From: Octopus vulgaris
Lineage: Eukaryota
Reading direction: 5' to 3'
Length of the DNA stretch: 64,000 nt
Assembly: GCA_951406725.2 (NCBI GenBank)
Contig: OX597826.1
Coordinates: 58,032,001-58,096,000, forward strand
Below the pieces are notes generated by a model. The model was given only the letters and a program-made list of their open reading frames with translations, was not told where the DNA came from and did no database searches. A program made the position numbers and the translations under genes. Numbering within the stretch: position 1 is the stretch's first letter; every line of letters begins with the position of its first letter. Positions 13,696 to 29,642 of the stretch are shown here, piece by piece.

Positions 13696-14294
13696 TACAA
13701 GATTATTAATGAAAGTTATTTTACCAAACTCCTCATTATTTTTGAATAAATAAAAGTGAAAGCAGTGTATTTAGATAGAAATATGGTAACTAAAGGTTTA
13801 AAGTGTTCGGAAGCTGGTTCAGCCAGGATCTAAACGCGGAGAAAAACTGGAAAAAAAAAATAACAAATAGTCTGGCTATGCAGACAGAAAATGAGCTGAG
13901 AGGGAAACGTTCTTGAAAAGTCAGCCTGAATTCGGCTAATGCCTATATCGCTACAATGATGGACTATGCGATGGCTTGAAGTCGTACCGTGTTCCATGAA
14001 GCTATTTCACCAGATTAGAACGAATGTTTTTGGTTTTTTTTCAGTGTCGGTGTGACTGGTGCCGCTGTTTAGAAGATCCATCTGAGACCAACATCCATTA
14101 TGAGGTGGCAAGGGCTCGGAACCCTGTTGCTGATGATGCATAAGTTTAATCTGAGGTTTGTAGCATAGAGGTAATATCCACGTGCACACTTTTGACTCTT
14201 TGACTCACCCGCATGTCTACAGGGATGAATCAAAAAGTAATGCGAATAAAAGCTTCGTTACTTTCTGATTTATCCCCATATATATATATATATT

Positions 14295-14419
<125 letters not shown>

Positions 14420-14603
14420 GTGTATATATATATATATTGACAGTAATGGTAAGACAACAAAAGAAAGAAAGAGACCTTGATATTATGTAAATAGAGGAAT
14501 TTATCTGTAAATGTAATATGTGACAATTATTCGGTAGCCATGATAAAACTCCTAGTTTCTGATGTCGGGGCGGAAACCCACGCCGGTATTTTACCCATGG
14601 AAT

Positions 14604-15146
14604 CATCGCTGAATCATTTGGATAGTTTGAACCTGAGTATCACTAAGCATTTGACAAAACTTGATGCAATATCAGTGAGCGATGCATTCGGCCATTTTGA
14701 GTGAAAACGAAAGTACGACGCGCGCGCGCACAACACGTGTGTATGCTCGGCGTAACAGTCGGGAAATGATGCAGCCTACGGCGCAAAACTTTTTCCACGC
14801 ATGCGCAAGAAAGATGGTGTTACCTCGAACCCAAAGGATTTTGCCCACGCGGTATTAGTTTTGGCGAGCTGGCATAAACGTTAGCACGCCGGGCGAAATG
14901 CTTAGCGGTATTTCGTCTGCCATTATGTTCTGAGTTCAAATTCCGCCGAGGTCGACTTTGCCTTTCATCTTTTCGAGGTCGATAAATTAAGTACCAGTTA
15001 CGCACTGGGGTCGATGTAATCGACTTAATACCTATGTCTGTCCTTGTTTGTTCCCCCTGTGTTTAGCCCCTTGTGGATAGTAAAGAAATAGGTATTAGTT
15101 TTGGCAGGAAAAAATAAAGTCACCTACTTTTTGAACGCATCCCGTA
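14604..15146 (-). mobile_element. mariner 5' fragment (TIR plus transposase N-terminus) interrupted by SINE B
   Basis: The minus strand begins TACGGGATGCGTTCAAAAAGT and later translates MAECIAH*YCIKFCQMLSDTQVQTIQMIQR, resembling the mariner HTH N-terminus (R.CIKFC..LG.....TI.MI). Confidence 0.7.
14863..15090 (+). mobile_element. SINE family B with 15-bp TSD
   Basis: TSD GGTATTAGTTTTGGC at 14851-14865 and 15091-15105. Confidence 0.9.
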
Positions 15147-15158
15147 TATATGTATGTA

Positions 15159-15194
<36 letters not shown>

Positions 15195-15204
15195 GACAAA
15201 ACTG

Positions 15205-15252
<48 letters not shown>

Positions 15253-15818
15253 ACAAAAGAGATAAAAAGAAGCCGTCATTTATTGCAAATTAACGGTTCT
15301 TCGCTGCATGTGAGATCAAGCACGAACTCTGTACCTATTTGATACAGTAGTCAGGAGTTAACATAAGGCGAGGTACTTAGCATACGATCACAGCTGGAAA
15401 TGGCGGTAGCACTGTGGTATTCACGAAAGTTTCGTTGGAATGCCAGAGTTTCACATTGATATGCTCAGGTGTAGCATAGTTGCATAGCAGTAAACAAAAG
15501 CTGTAATAAACATTGTCGTTTCGCAATCGTCTCACTTTCAAACATAAAGACACAGAAGCCATCACAGTGACTTGCATGTGTGTATGTATGTATGTATGTA
15601 TGTATGTATGTATGTATGTATGTATGTATGTGTGCGCGTGTGCGTGTGTGTAATCTTGTAGTTTTTTATTCTTTTACTTTTTAGACACTTATAAACATGC
15701 ACACACACACACACACGTACATATACATACATACTCACGCACGCTGTCATACACTCATGTACGCAGGTACACACGCTAATATGTACACGTGAGTGTGTGT
15801 GTGTGCGTGTGTGCGCGC

Positions 15819-15857
<39 letters not shown>

Positions 15858-15867
15858 TATAGATATA

Positions 15868-17826
<1,959 letters not shown>

Positions 17827-17915
17827 GCGTGTGTAGATTTTAAAACATTTATAGATAAATGTTCTAAAATCTACACAGCCTTGGTTTTTTATTTCATTAC
17901 GAAATAAAATTTTTA

Positions 17916-17946
<31 letters not shown>

Positions 17947-19061
17947 TTATGTTTCTTTCATTTATTATTTATTATGTATGTATATACATACGCATATATG
18001 GATACATGCGTATTTCTACGAAAGAAAGGAAACACAATAAGCTATGCTGAAGATTTCATTGTTGCCTGAAGACTCTAAGTAACAGGGCATTTGAGTTCGA
18101 ACAGACATTAATCGCCTGTGATTTCCTATTTTCCGAACTTCCTTATCGAACTTTTTCTTTACTTCTGATGATGTATAAAATATATACTTTCTAGATTTCT
18201 TTCAATAGACAAATAATTTCCTGAATCGATTCCTCCATATTCTAAAATACTTCAGCATTGAGATGTGGAAATTCTTTAATCGCAGTTTTCCTTTACTTTC
18301 CACCACAATCTGTTTCCACCCCACTCAGCCTCCTCCGCAAAAAAAAAACAACAATCTGCAACCATTCTTTATCTTCTGATAGGAGTCACCACCTGTTTCA
18401 TTCTTTCCCTAGTATGCACCTTGGACCGTAACCTTCTCTAAATATAACCTTCTCTCCTGTACTTGCGCGCACATCTCATCCATTCAAGAACTCACCATAG
18501 CCTTCATCTTTTTCGCATTTACAAAAAGACTCGAGCGCCACTCACTGCTAAAATGCACCTCTTCTAACGTGAGCATGGGGCGTTTTGTCGCAGCTGTTTC
18601 GGCGCCGCCTGTTTGTCGCTGATTCGACGCTGACTTACTTGACATCACTCTCTCTCCTTCCCCGTCTCTTTATGTGTGTAAATACGTTCTTCTCTATGTG
18701 TGAAGAAAGAATAAGCTTGTATGTCTAATCGTTCAATTAACAAAGTGTAATGTCTCTCTCTTTCCCTTCTCACTCTTTCTCTCTCTCTCTGCATGTGTAT
18801 ATTTGTGCACGCGTGTATTTGCCTCCGCTACCAAAAAAAGTACTCCCTAAAACAGGTTCTCAGTCAAGTCAGTAGTGCCAAATTGGCAGCGTTCAAACAG
18901 CAACGCCCACTCGTCTCATACCGTCCTAACGTCATTACATTTATCCCCCTGCCCTCATATCCCCTGCGTTCTCTTACCATGCTTTGACGCCAATAATCTT
19001 CGTAATATACATAGATGTTAGTCGGTTGTGTAGTTAATTAAATAATATATCAAATATTATA

Positions 19062-19357
19062 TCTTTATATATAAAAGTGAAGTTGTGTGTCTGTCTCCTA
19101 CGATTTAGATTCCTAACTACTCCTACATTTTGCGGTGCAGTTTAACCAAAACCGGGTATCTTATAGTCGTGATTCATATCGAGCCCTTCTGGGTATTAGC
19201 GCGCGTCTACGATGAGTCAACGATTTAAAAAAAAAATTTACCATCATTTTTTTTCCATTTTTAATGCATTTTTTGCTATTTTTTGGCTATAACTCTCTAA
19301 AAATGCTTTATAGTTATTTCCCTTACAAACCCGAGCAACGCCGGGCGATACTGCTAG
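19062..19357 (+). mobile_element. Non-autonomous Helitron
   Basis: Begins A|TCTTTATATATAAAAG, has a subterminal hairpin CCCGAGCAACGCCGGG and ends CTAG|T. Homologous copy at 50107-50504. Confidence 0.9.
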
Positions 19358-19446
19358 TATTGCTATAAAACACGTATTATGTTCAAATCAAGAATACTTT
19401 TAACGTTATAAGACAGCTATTGCTATTTATGTATAAGGGAGAACCT

Positions 19447-19490
19447 TCTCTGATGAGGATACAAATAACCTCCGAAACGGATCTGTAAGA
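19447..19490 (+). ncRNA. Minimal type I hammerhead ribozyme motif with canonical core (Penelope-like pLTR relic)
   Basis: TCT-CTGATGA-GGA-tacaaataacc-TCC-GAAAC-GGATCT-GTA-AGA. Stem III ACGGATCTGT is near-palindromic. Confidence 0.75.
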
Positions 19491-19639
19491 TATCTAAATA
19501 GTTCTGTTTATTAAAAAAACAAAACAAAAAAAAACAATAGGATGCTTTCATATCTCTTGCAGTATCTAAAGCTGAAACTTTCAAAGGAATAACTGTAGAT
19601 TTCTCTACGTTTCATGTGTGTGTGTGTCTATTCCGTGCG

Positions 19640-19856
19640 CTGGCAGAAATGTTAGCATGCCGGGCGAAATGCGTAGCCGTATTTCATGTGCCGTTACGTT
19701 CTGAGTTCAAATTCCGCCGAGGTCGACTTTGCCTTTCATCCTTTCGGGGTCGATAAATAAAGTACCAGTTTCGCACTGGGGTCGATGCAGTCGACTTAAT
19801 CCCTTTGTCCTTGTTTGTCCCCTCTATGTTTAGCCCCTTGTGAGCAATAAAGAAAT
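19640..19856 (+). mobile_element. SINE family B
   Basis: Core and B1 tail match the other copies. Confidence 0.85.
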
Positions 19857-20323
19857 ATATTCCTTATTTTATACACTCATATATATATATTCATATATGA
19901 CACGTTTTATACACTCACATATGACAGAATATTTCTTAAAATTTGCTGTCATTCGAGTCAAACTCATAAAACAGACATATGTTCTTCTCTTTCTAATACC
20001 TCCTTGGAAGGCAAAATAATTTCCGGTTTCATAACAGCTATATATTAAGTGCATTATAGATCTGAACATACAGAACTTGGGATTATCGTTACTGCGCCGG
20101 GAAAAAATTCTTAGCGACATTGCTTCCGATTTCACGTTCTGAGCTCAAATGCCGCCGGGTTCGAATTTACCTTCCATCATCCTTTCGCGGTTGATAAAAG
20201 AAGTACCAGTTGAATCAACTTATCCCCTCCTCCTCCAATATTGTTGGCTTTGCACCAAAATTTGAAACCAATATCGTTATGCGTTAATTTATACATCGAA
20301 CATGAAATGCAGCCTGTCTAACC

Positions 20324-20557
20324 TATTTCTTTACTACCCACAAGGGGCTAAACACAGAGAGGACAAACAAGGACAGACAAACGGATTAAGTCGATTATAT
20401 CGACCCCAGTGCGTAACTGGTACTTATTTAATCGACTCCGAAAGGATGAAAGGCAAAGTCGACCTCGGCGGAATTTGAACTCAGAACGTAGCGATAGACG
20501 AAATACGGCTACGCATTTCGCCCAGCGTGCTAACGTTTCTGCCAGCCCACTGCCTTT
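20324..20557 (-). mobile_element. SINE family B with TSD
   Basis: Flanked by AATGCAGCCTGTCTAACC on both sides. Confidence 0.9.
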
Positions 20558-20759
20558 AATGCAGCCTGTCTAACCATTAAATCAGTGCCCCATTCTATGA
20601 ATTATATACTGGATTCCGTGCATTAAATTTGCGTCTCATTAACCGTATTGGAAACCAGTTAGTTTTTATTTTTAAATAGATAATGCTTTTTAGTTTAGGT
20701 AGGTGCGGTCTATCCGGTCAACAGAGAAGGTACGTTCCTGATACAGAACGTTCCTGATA

Positions 20760-20939
20760 CAGACATCCATACATGTATACACACATACACAAGCATACAC
20801 AAACATGCAAACACACAGACACAAACCTGCAAACACACACACACAAATACATACATACATATGTACATGCATACATACATGCATACATACATACATACAT
20901 ATGTACATACATACATGCATACATACATACATACATACA

Positions 20940-20970
<31 letters not shown>

Positions 20971-21081
20971 GTACATACATACATACATGCATACATACAT
21001 ACATACATACATACATGCATACATACATACAAACAAATACGAATACAAAGACACACACACACACACACAGACACACTCACA

Positions 21082-21152
<71 letters not shown>

Positions 21153-21305
21153 GGTAGCAGGTTTGCTTTTCTACCATATGTATCCTGGTTCAGCTCCACT
21201 GCGTGAAATCTTGGTCGCTCCGAGGCTGAAGCTAACCAAAATGCCAAAAAACGGGACTGAACCCGGATCCATATAGTTGGGAAGTAAACTTCTTACCGCA
21301 TTCAT

Positions 21306-21346
<41 letters not shown>

Positions 21347-22100
21347 CGTGTGTGTTTGGTATAAAATGTATGTGTGAATTATCCAGAATACGTCTTGTAC
21401 GCTTTGCGTGCGCAGTCCTTTTGTGTCTGTGTGTTCGTGCGCCAACAGTTCACTTTATGCGGGTGTGAAAAAGAACTATCGATGGCGCTTAAAACTTGTT
21501 ACTGTCGTCCGGTTTATTCGTCTCCCCCTGTATCTTTTCTTCTCTCTATCCATCTCCCCTCTGTCTGTCCGCCTCTCTCTCTCTCGTCTTCTCTCATTCG
21601 TTTCCAATTCATCTTATTGTTATTTCTTCTTTCTTTCCTTTCGGAATACAATAGATTTTGGCGCCGACTAATAAAGCTCAGCATGTAAACCGTGCGTGTA
21701 TGCCTATGTATGTATGTATGTATGTATGTATGTATGTATGTATGTATGTATGTATGTATGTATGTATGTATGTATGTATGTATGTATGTATGTATGTATG
21801 CATGTATGTATGTATGTATGTATGCATGTATGCATGTGTGTATGTATGTATGTATGTATGTATGTATGTATGTATGTATGTATGCATGTGTGTATGTATG
21901 TATGTATGTATGTATGTATGTATGTATGTATGTATGCATGCATGTATATATGTATGTATGCATGCATGTATATATGTATGTATGCATGTGTGTATGTATG
22001 TATGCATGTGTGTATGTATGTATGCATGTGTGTATGTATGTATGTATGTATGTGTGTATGTATGTATGTGTGTATGTATTTATGTATGTATGTATGTGAA
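20760..22100. repeat. (TACA)n/(CA)n and (TATG)n microsatellite blocks
   Basis: Seen directly (about 20760-21150 and 21705-22097). Confidence 0.9.
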
Positions 22101-22257
22101 TTTACCGATGCAAAGAGTAAAATTGAATTCAAAATATGCGTATATATAGTAGATATGTGTACAATAAAAAAAATGTGTACATTTATATATGTGCAAACAT
22201 AGGAATGTATATATGTAGGTGTTTGTATTTTGTATGTCTGTGTATGTGTGTGTGGGT

Positions 22258-22608
22258 GGAGGGGCAATGGCCCAGTGGTTAGGGCAGTGGACTCGCGTTC
22301 GTGGGATCGCGGTTTCGATTCTCAGACCGGGCGTTGTGATTGTTTATTGAGCGAAAACACCTAAAAAGTTCCACGCGGCTCCAGCTGTGGATAGTGGCGA
22401 ATTCTGTTGTATTCTTTCACCACAATTTTCTCTCACTCTTTCTTCCTGTTTCTGTCACATACAGTCACGCTGAATCTTCACGAGAACTAACGTTAAGGGG
22501 GACATGTGTCTGTGGAGTGCTCAGTCACTTACACGTTAATTTCACGAGCAGGCTCTTTCGTTGATCGGATCAGCTGGAACTCTCGTCGTCGTAACCGACG
22601 GAGTACCA
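22258..22608 (+). mobile_element. SINE with family C head and a different (family D) tail
   Basis: The head matches 1859 and 36361. The tail GTCACGCTGAATC...CTCGTCGTCGTAACCGACGGAGTACCA matches 28040-28197 and partly 24133-24160. Confidence 0.8.
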
Positions 22609-23447
22609 TATTTATGTGTAAATGCATGTGCGTCTACACACACACGCATGCATGTATTTGTATAAGTATTACCTTTTACCTTTTACTTGTTTAAGTCATT
22701 AGACTGCGGTCATGCTGGGGCACTTTCTAAACACATTTGCAGACACATATAAATATATATATATGTAAGTCTTTATTCATGCATATGTTCGCATATATTA
22801 TATATACATTTCCCAAAAAAAAAAGGAAGAAAAAAAGTGAGTTCAAATTCCACCGAGGTCGACTTTGCCTTTCATCCTTTCGGGGTCGATAAATAAAGTA
22901 CCAGTTTTGCAAATGGGGGTCATTGTAATTCCTTTGTCCTTGTTTGTCCCCCTCTATGTTTAGCCCCTTGTGGGCAGCAAAGAAAAATATGTTATATATA
23001 CACGTACTCCTAATTTTTTTTTTTTTGTTTTAATTTTCTTTTCCAGAACACAAGGCTGAAATCATTAATTAAAAAGTAATGCTCTGTATTGGAAATTGGA
23101 CAATAATTACAATTTCGCCAAGTCTATTCTTGGATTGAGCATAAGCGGTCTTGGGCTTTCATTTTCTATTCATATATATGTATGGTCCGATTGTAGCCGC
23201 CATGTACTCGTAAGTGTAAGTAATGAGACGTTAAGTGGTCCGAACTGGTATACACAATAAATTTTTACTCATCTTAATGCCCTGGTCTCTCTCTCTCTCT
23301 CTCACCTTCTATCTATCCTTCTTTCTTTCTGTCTGTCTTTCTTTCTTTCTCTCTTTCTTTCTTTCTTTCTCTCTCTCTCTCACTCCCTTTCTCTCTTCTT
23401 TTTTCTTCTTTGTCTCTCTCACTTTCACATTGGCACATATAAATATG

Positions 23448-23500
<53 letters not shown>

Positions 23501-23514
23501 CTATCTATCTATAA

Positions 23515-23581
<67 letters not shown>

Positions 23582-23582
23582 C

Positions 23583-23682
<100 letters not shown>

Positions 23683-24319
23683 GCCTCGCTGACTGGCTGT
23701 CTGCCTCGCTGACTGGCTGTCTGTCTGTCTCGCTGACTGGCTGTCTGTCTGTCTGCCTATCTATCTGTCTGTCTGTCTGTCTGTCTGTCTGTTAACCAGT
23801 CATCAACGAGACTCCTTCGTTATCATATCGTTGTGTCTTCGTCGTTACGAGATGCTATGATGGCAAGATGCTATATCTAAAAGCTTTAGGCAAAACATGG
23901 ATGTATTCGATGATAGCACGTCAACAGCCACCATGTGGTGTGTGTGTGTGTGTGTGTTAATGGAGGGCTTAGTGATTACAGTGTTCATGAGTTCGATTCC
24001 CTTGAGGCGCCATATGTCAAGGCACGTTATGTCGTTGAGCTAGGCACTTCATTTCACGTTGCTCCATTCCACTCAGCTGCAGAAAATGAGTAATACCTGT
24101 ATTTTAAAGGGTCAGTTTTGTTACATGCGGTGTGTCACGCTGAATCTCTCTGACAACTTACATCAATGGTATGCATTACGTCCCCGTAACCTAGCGGTTC
24201 GGCAAAAGAGACTGATGAAATAAATACCAGGCTTCCAAAGAATAAGTCCTGGGGTCGATTTGTTCGAGTATAGGTGGTACTCCAGCGTGGCCTCAGTCAA
24301 ATGACTGAAGCAAGTAAAA

Positions 24320-24407
<88 letters not shown>

Positions 24408-24691
24408 ATTTAGATATGAACATGAGTGTGTGTGAACGTATACGTATATTAATAGATCTCGATGCTCAAATCGATACGTTTCAGTAAACCCTAAGATGAA
24501 TTGAAGTAATTAAACGAAAGTGTATCTTCTGTAATCGTAAACAAATGTGAATTTGTCTTCTTTCCTCTTCATACATAGAAAAAAATAAAGGAGATTGCCC
24601 TATCACGCTGCACAGTTCCTTGACCATGCATCACAAAAAAAGTACACACCCTTCTAGATACAAAGAGTTTATCGCCAATAACAGTTTATAT

Positions 24692-25057
24692 CCGGGATTC
24701 TCAACCATTTTTTTTAATTTGTGGACCCTTTGATTACAATTTTATTCTGGTAGACCCCCCATCGCCATTTGATGTTTAAAAACTAGTGTTAGAGATACTT
24801 CTTTTAAATTTCTTTTAAAATTCTTATTTTGGTTTTTGCATATTAACTTGTGTAGGTTGAACTATGTAAAATGCTGGAGAAAGAAACCTAGCTGTTTCTT
24901 GCAAATACATACCAATACATACATCAAAAGCAAAAGATTATCAGGAGCCCCTAGAATACTATTGTGGATCCTCAATTTACTCTTTCGTTGTGTGGACCCC
25001 ACAAAATTTTATATGGACCCTCATGGGCCATATAGACTCCGGTTGAAAAAACCAATG
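24692..25057 (+). mobile_element. hAT (Charlie-like) MITE, second copy
   Basis: Colinear homology with 13374-13695; degenerate TIRs. Confidence 0.75.
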
Positions 25058-25099
25058 GTTCATATCAAGTGTCAGCTATCAATATCAAGTTTCCTTAAC

Positions 25100-25380
25100 T
25101 GTTGCAGTCAGTCGTTGGGTACTACACCACAGGCTTTTGCTGTCAGCCGTCGCCATTACTCTCAGTTCTCTGTTATGCGTAGCAGGATCGTTGTGCTGTG
25201 ACCTGTCCGGTCCTTGATGTTGTCAGGCTGGGATTTTCTCTGTCTGCGTTTTTTGTCACCCTCCGCCCTCCTTCAGCATGACCCTCAGCACAGATAATAT
25301 CATACCATCTTCGACCGGCGTTCAACAGGGCGATCCTATTCGCTCTCGGGGTGGACAGCATCGCTCGGAGCGTCACGTGC
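25100..25380 (+). pseudogene. Degraded reverse-transcriptase fragment of an early-branching (CRE-like) non-LTR retrotransposon
   Basis: From 25293 it reads DNIIPSSTGVQQGDP, then after a frameshift/deletion FALGVDSIARSV. This resembles the RT motif GVQQGDPLGPLLFAL. Confidence 0.6.
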
Positions 25381-26047
25381 ATCACACAAATAATCCTTTC
25401 TACTATAGGCACAAGGCCTGAAATTCGGGGGAAGGGGCTAGTTGATTACATCGATCCCAGTACTCGACCCCGAAAGGATGAAAAGGATGCCGACCTCGGC
25501 GGAATTTGAACTTAGAAGGTAAAGCCGAATGAAATGCCGCAAAGCATTTTGTCCGGTGTGATCAAGATTCTACTAGCTCGCCGCCTTAATAATAATAATG
25601 GATTCTAATTTTGGCACGAAGCCAGCAATGGTGGAAGGTAAGTGGATTACATTAACGCCAAGTACTTAACTAATACTTAATTCACAAACTTCGAAGAGAT
25701 GAAAGGCAAAGTCGACCTCGGCAAAATTTGAACTCAAAATGTATAGAGCCGGAAGAAATGCTGCTAAGAATTTTGTCCGACGTGCTAACGATTCTGCCAG
25801 TTCCCCACCTAAAAATAATTATTATAAATTCTTACAATGGTTTTATATGTGGGGGTAGGGTAGGGTATAATGAGCTTAATAGACTTCAGTACTCACCTCG
25901 TTCTTGGTATTTATAATGATGAAAGATGAAAAGTAAAGTGAAAAAACATACTTAAATTTTTTAAAAGCGAGAAAAAACAAGTTAATTGCTTTATTTTTCT
26001 GGTTTAAATTTTTGCCAAATTTTAACGTAACATTTCTGCTATACTAA

Positions 26048-26135
26048 TCATCATCGTCGTCGTCGTCGTCGTCCTCCTCCTCCTCCTCCCTCCTCCTCCT
26101 CCTCCTCCTCCTCCTCTTCCTCCTCCTCCTCCTCC

Positions 26136-26169
<34 letters not shown>

Positions 26170-26177
26170 CCTCCTCC

Positions 26178-26210
<33 letters not shown>

Positions 26211-26232
26211 ACATCATCATCAACATCATCAA

Positions 26233-26303
<71 letters not shown>

Positions 26304-26332
26304 ACAGCAACAGCTGTAACAGTAGCAGCAGC
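26048..26332. repeat. (TCG)/(TCC)/(ATC)n trinucleotide microsatellite
   Basis: Seen directly. Confidence 0.95.
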
Positions 26333-26826
26333 GGTATTACAATCAACAATACTCGAGTGAAGACTACTCGAGTAACGTCTCCACAATTACTGATAAGAGA
26401 GACCCCGCCATTCCCGCTAACCTCAACCATCGTTCTGCTCTTGTCGCTATAAAAATTAATATGAAATGAAATATTTAATTGAATCAAAATTGCAATCAAA
26501 TAGGATTATTAAAGCTAAAAGTTGTTTTTTTTTTCTTTGTTAATTTCATAGTCAACATAGTAATGGAGGAGTGCGTGTGAGCATACTAGTGTATCACAAG
26601 TGTATATGGAGATAATTATGCAAATAAACTAATGAAACCGCTTGGGCTACATATATAAAATATACATACAAGTATACATGTAAATAAAGACAAAACAAAA
26701 ACCGAAAATATTCAGACGATGAACATTCATATATGAATCTATAAATATTTACATATTAACAGAGTAGACTTACATTGGGCACAAAAACTCAAAAAATTAA
26801 GGGGAGAACTGTATAGTATTACAGGT

Positions 26827-26956
26827 CCGACAGCTGTTTCGGGGAATTCGGAATTACGTTCTAACTTTGGCAGATGTAATTCGCAAAAAGTCAAGAATAT
26901 TCAACCAATAGTGGAAGCATGTAAACATTGAGTAATACCGGCCTCCGTCTTCAGGG
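26827..26956 (-). ncRNA. Candidate hammerhead motif with a roughly 100-nt loop 2
   Basis: Minus strand: CC-CTGAAGA-C-GG...(about 100 nt)...CC-GAAAC-AGCT-GTC-GG. Stem III ACAGCTGT is palindromic; stems I and II are only 2 bp. Confidence 0.45.
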
Positions 26957-27038
26957 TGGAGAGATAGATATCTCACAAGTACATACACGTGTATGTGTGC
27001 GTGTAAAAAGAATATATATATACATATACATATATATG

Positions 27039-27090
<52 letters not shown>

Positions 27091-27326
27091 TATACATACG
27101 TTTATATATATATATATATATATATACATACATTTATATATACATATATATATATACATACATACATTTATATATACATATATATATATACATACATACA
27201 TTTATATATACATATATATATACATACATTTATATATATATATATATACATATATAGGTAGATAGATAGTTGCATGTATGTGCATATGAGTGTATATATA
27301 TATGTATGTGTATTTATGTATATATT

Positions 27327-27388
<62 letters not shown>

Positions 27389-27963
27389 CGTGTGCGCGCG
27401 CGTATATAGTGAATTCTCTCATGAGATTCATTGTATGAAGGTCTGACATCCTATATTGTAACAATTGCATTACCCACGCAAATGATTTGCTTTCTGTGGT
27501 GAAGGCTTATGTAGGACCAGCTACACTTTTGGGAAATGTCAATCGCAGAGAGTTGGAAGTAATGTTTCCCAGAGGCTCAATGAACAACATTACTCAGGCT
27601 TTTTCCGTTAGAGTTTAGTATCCGGGTTTGTTGTCTTCGCTACGGCTTACATTCCTGGTAGAGTAAGCCCACGAGGAACATGGTATGGCTCCCATTGTGT
27701 GTGTGTGTGTGTGTCTGAATGGGCTGTGTGTGTGTTTGTATGCAGATGAAAAACAGTTTTTTGTGGTTTACGAAGTTCGTTTCTCAGGTGTCTTTTAGTA
27801 TAGTCTGGTGTTAGCTATTACCTTATTATGAGTGGACATTGGTAGACGGAAGAGATGTGTAGAAGGATGTCATGCACGCACACACGCACGCGCACACATA
27901 CACACACACTCACACACACACACACACAAATACAAACGCTCAGACTCTGACACATCTATTTAC

Positions 27964-28036
<73 letters not shown>

Positions 28037-28200
28037 AAAGCCTTGTCACACACTGTGTCATACTGAATCTCCCTGAGAACTGCGTTAAGGGTACACGTGT
28101 CTGGAGTGTTCAACTACTTGCACGTTAATTTCACGAGCAGGCTGTTCCGTTGATTGGATCAACTGGAACTCTCGTCGTCGTAACCGATGGAGTGCCACGA

Positions 28201-28249
<49 letters not shown>

Positions 28250-28536
28250 GTACACAAAACACTCATATATACGCACACAAACTACATACATACATACATG
28301 CTTATATACATGCAATTATTCATGCATACATGCATACATACATACATGCACGCATACATACATTCATACAAACGTACATGCATTCACACAGACACATAGA
28401 CACATACACAGACACAGGTAGACAGACACACACACACACACGCATATGTCATTAGCACATCGGATAAAATGTCTTTTAGTGTTGGTTCTGACCCGTTACA
28501 TCCTGAAATTAGACCCCCATCTTGGTCATCTTTACG

Positions 28537-28820
28537 TTTCACTTCCAGAGCGTCAATGAAGTTAAGTATCACAGAGAAATACCAATCACCACTCTCACAA
28601 TTTCAGGCCATGTACCTTAAAATAGGGATCTCCCAACCAATAGACCGTGGACCTGTATCAGGCCGCGCAGAAATCATCTTTACCTTTCACTTCCAGAGTG
28701 TCAATGAAGTTAAAGTATCACAGAGAAATACCAATCATCACTCTCACAACTTCAGACCATGTACCTTAAAAGGGATCTCTCAACCAATAGGCCGTGGACC
28801 TGTATCAGGCCGCGCAGAAA
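28537..28820. repeat. Tandem duplication of about 148 bp of unique sequence
   Basis: TTTCACTTCCAGAG...GGCCGCGCAGAAA occurs twice. Confidence 0.9.
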
Positions 28821-29250
28821 GAATAAATTTTATAATTTCCTTTTCTCTTTTTTTTTACTATCACTGACTACTGGGTGTTTTTGCGTTATACACGTACGAG
28901 GGTGAGTTCGAAACGAATGCAACTTTTATTTGCCTTACTTCTGACTCATCGTTGTTTATATGGGAGGTTTGTCAAAATGTAATGCAAATAAAAATTGCTT
29001 TACTTCCTGACTCACGCTCGAATAACACATACGTAATAATTGTATTCTATGATCTTCTGTGTTTGTCATGCGTATGATTCCCGGTCCGTGAATAAATTGT
29101 CCTGCATGAACACGGTCCGTAGTGCTCAAATGGTTGAGGACCGTTGCCTTAAATAGCAATATCTGTATTTGTTTTAGTTAGCTCCAGCTTAATCTTGACT
29201 GATAATTACAAATGTACTTAAACTTGTATTTTATTAATTTATTATTATTA

Positions 29251-29299
<49 letters not shown>

Positions 29300-29610
29300 C
29301 ATTATTGTTGTTTTTGTTGTTGTTGTTGTTGAAATTTAGGGTATCCAGAACATCATCTTTGTATTAAATCTTCTTGTACCTCTTGGTCAGGATATAAGAT
29401 TTGGCTGCTATTCCTAGCCCGTCTGATAAAGTAACTATATATGGACTCTGCCGTTAGCTCATTCTAATGTAGTGAACACGATGATGATGATGATGACGAC
29501 GACGACGACGATGATGATGAAGATGAGGATGAGGAGCAGGAGGAAGGGGAGGGGAAAGGAGGAGAACGAGAACGACGAGAAAGACGACAACGACCATGAT
29601 GATCATGACT

Positions 29611-29642
<32 letters not shown>

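Noticed and set aside
26044-26499. Poly-D/E and poly-M ORFs resembling an acidic protein
   Set aside because: They come from a trinucleotide microsatellite, with no splice context or homology.
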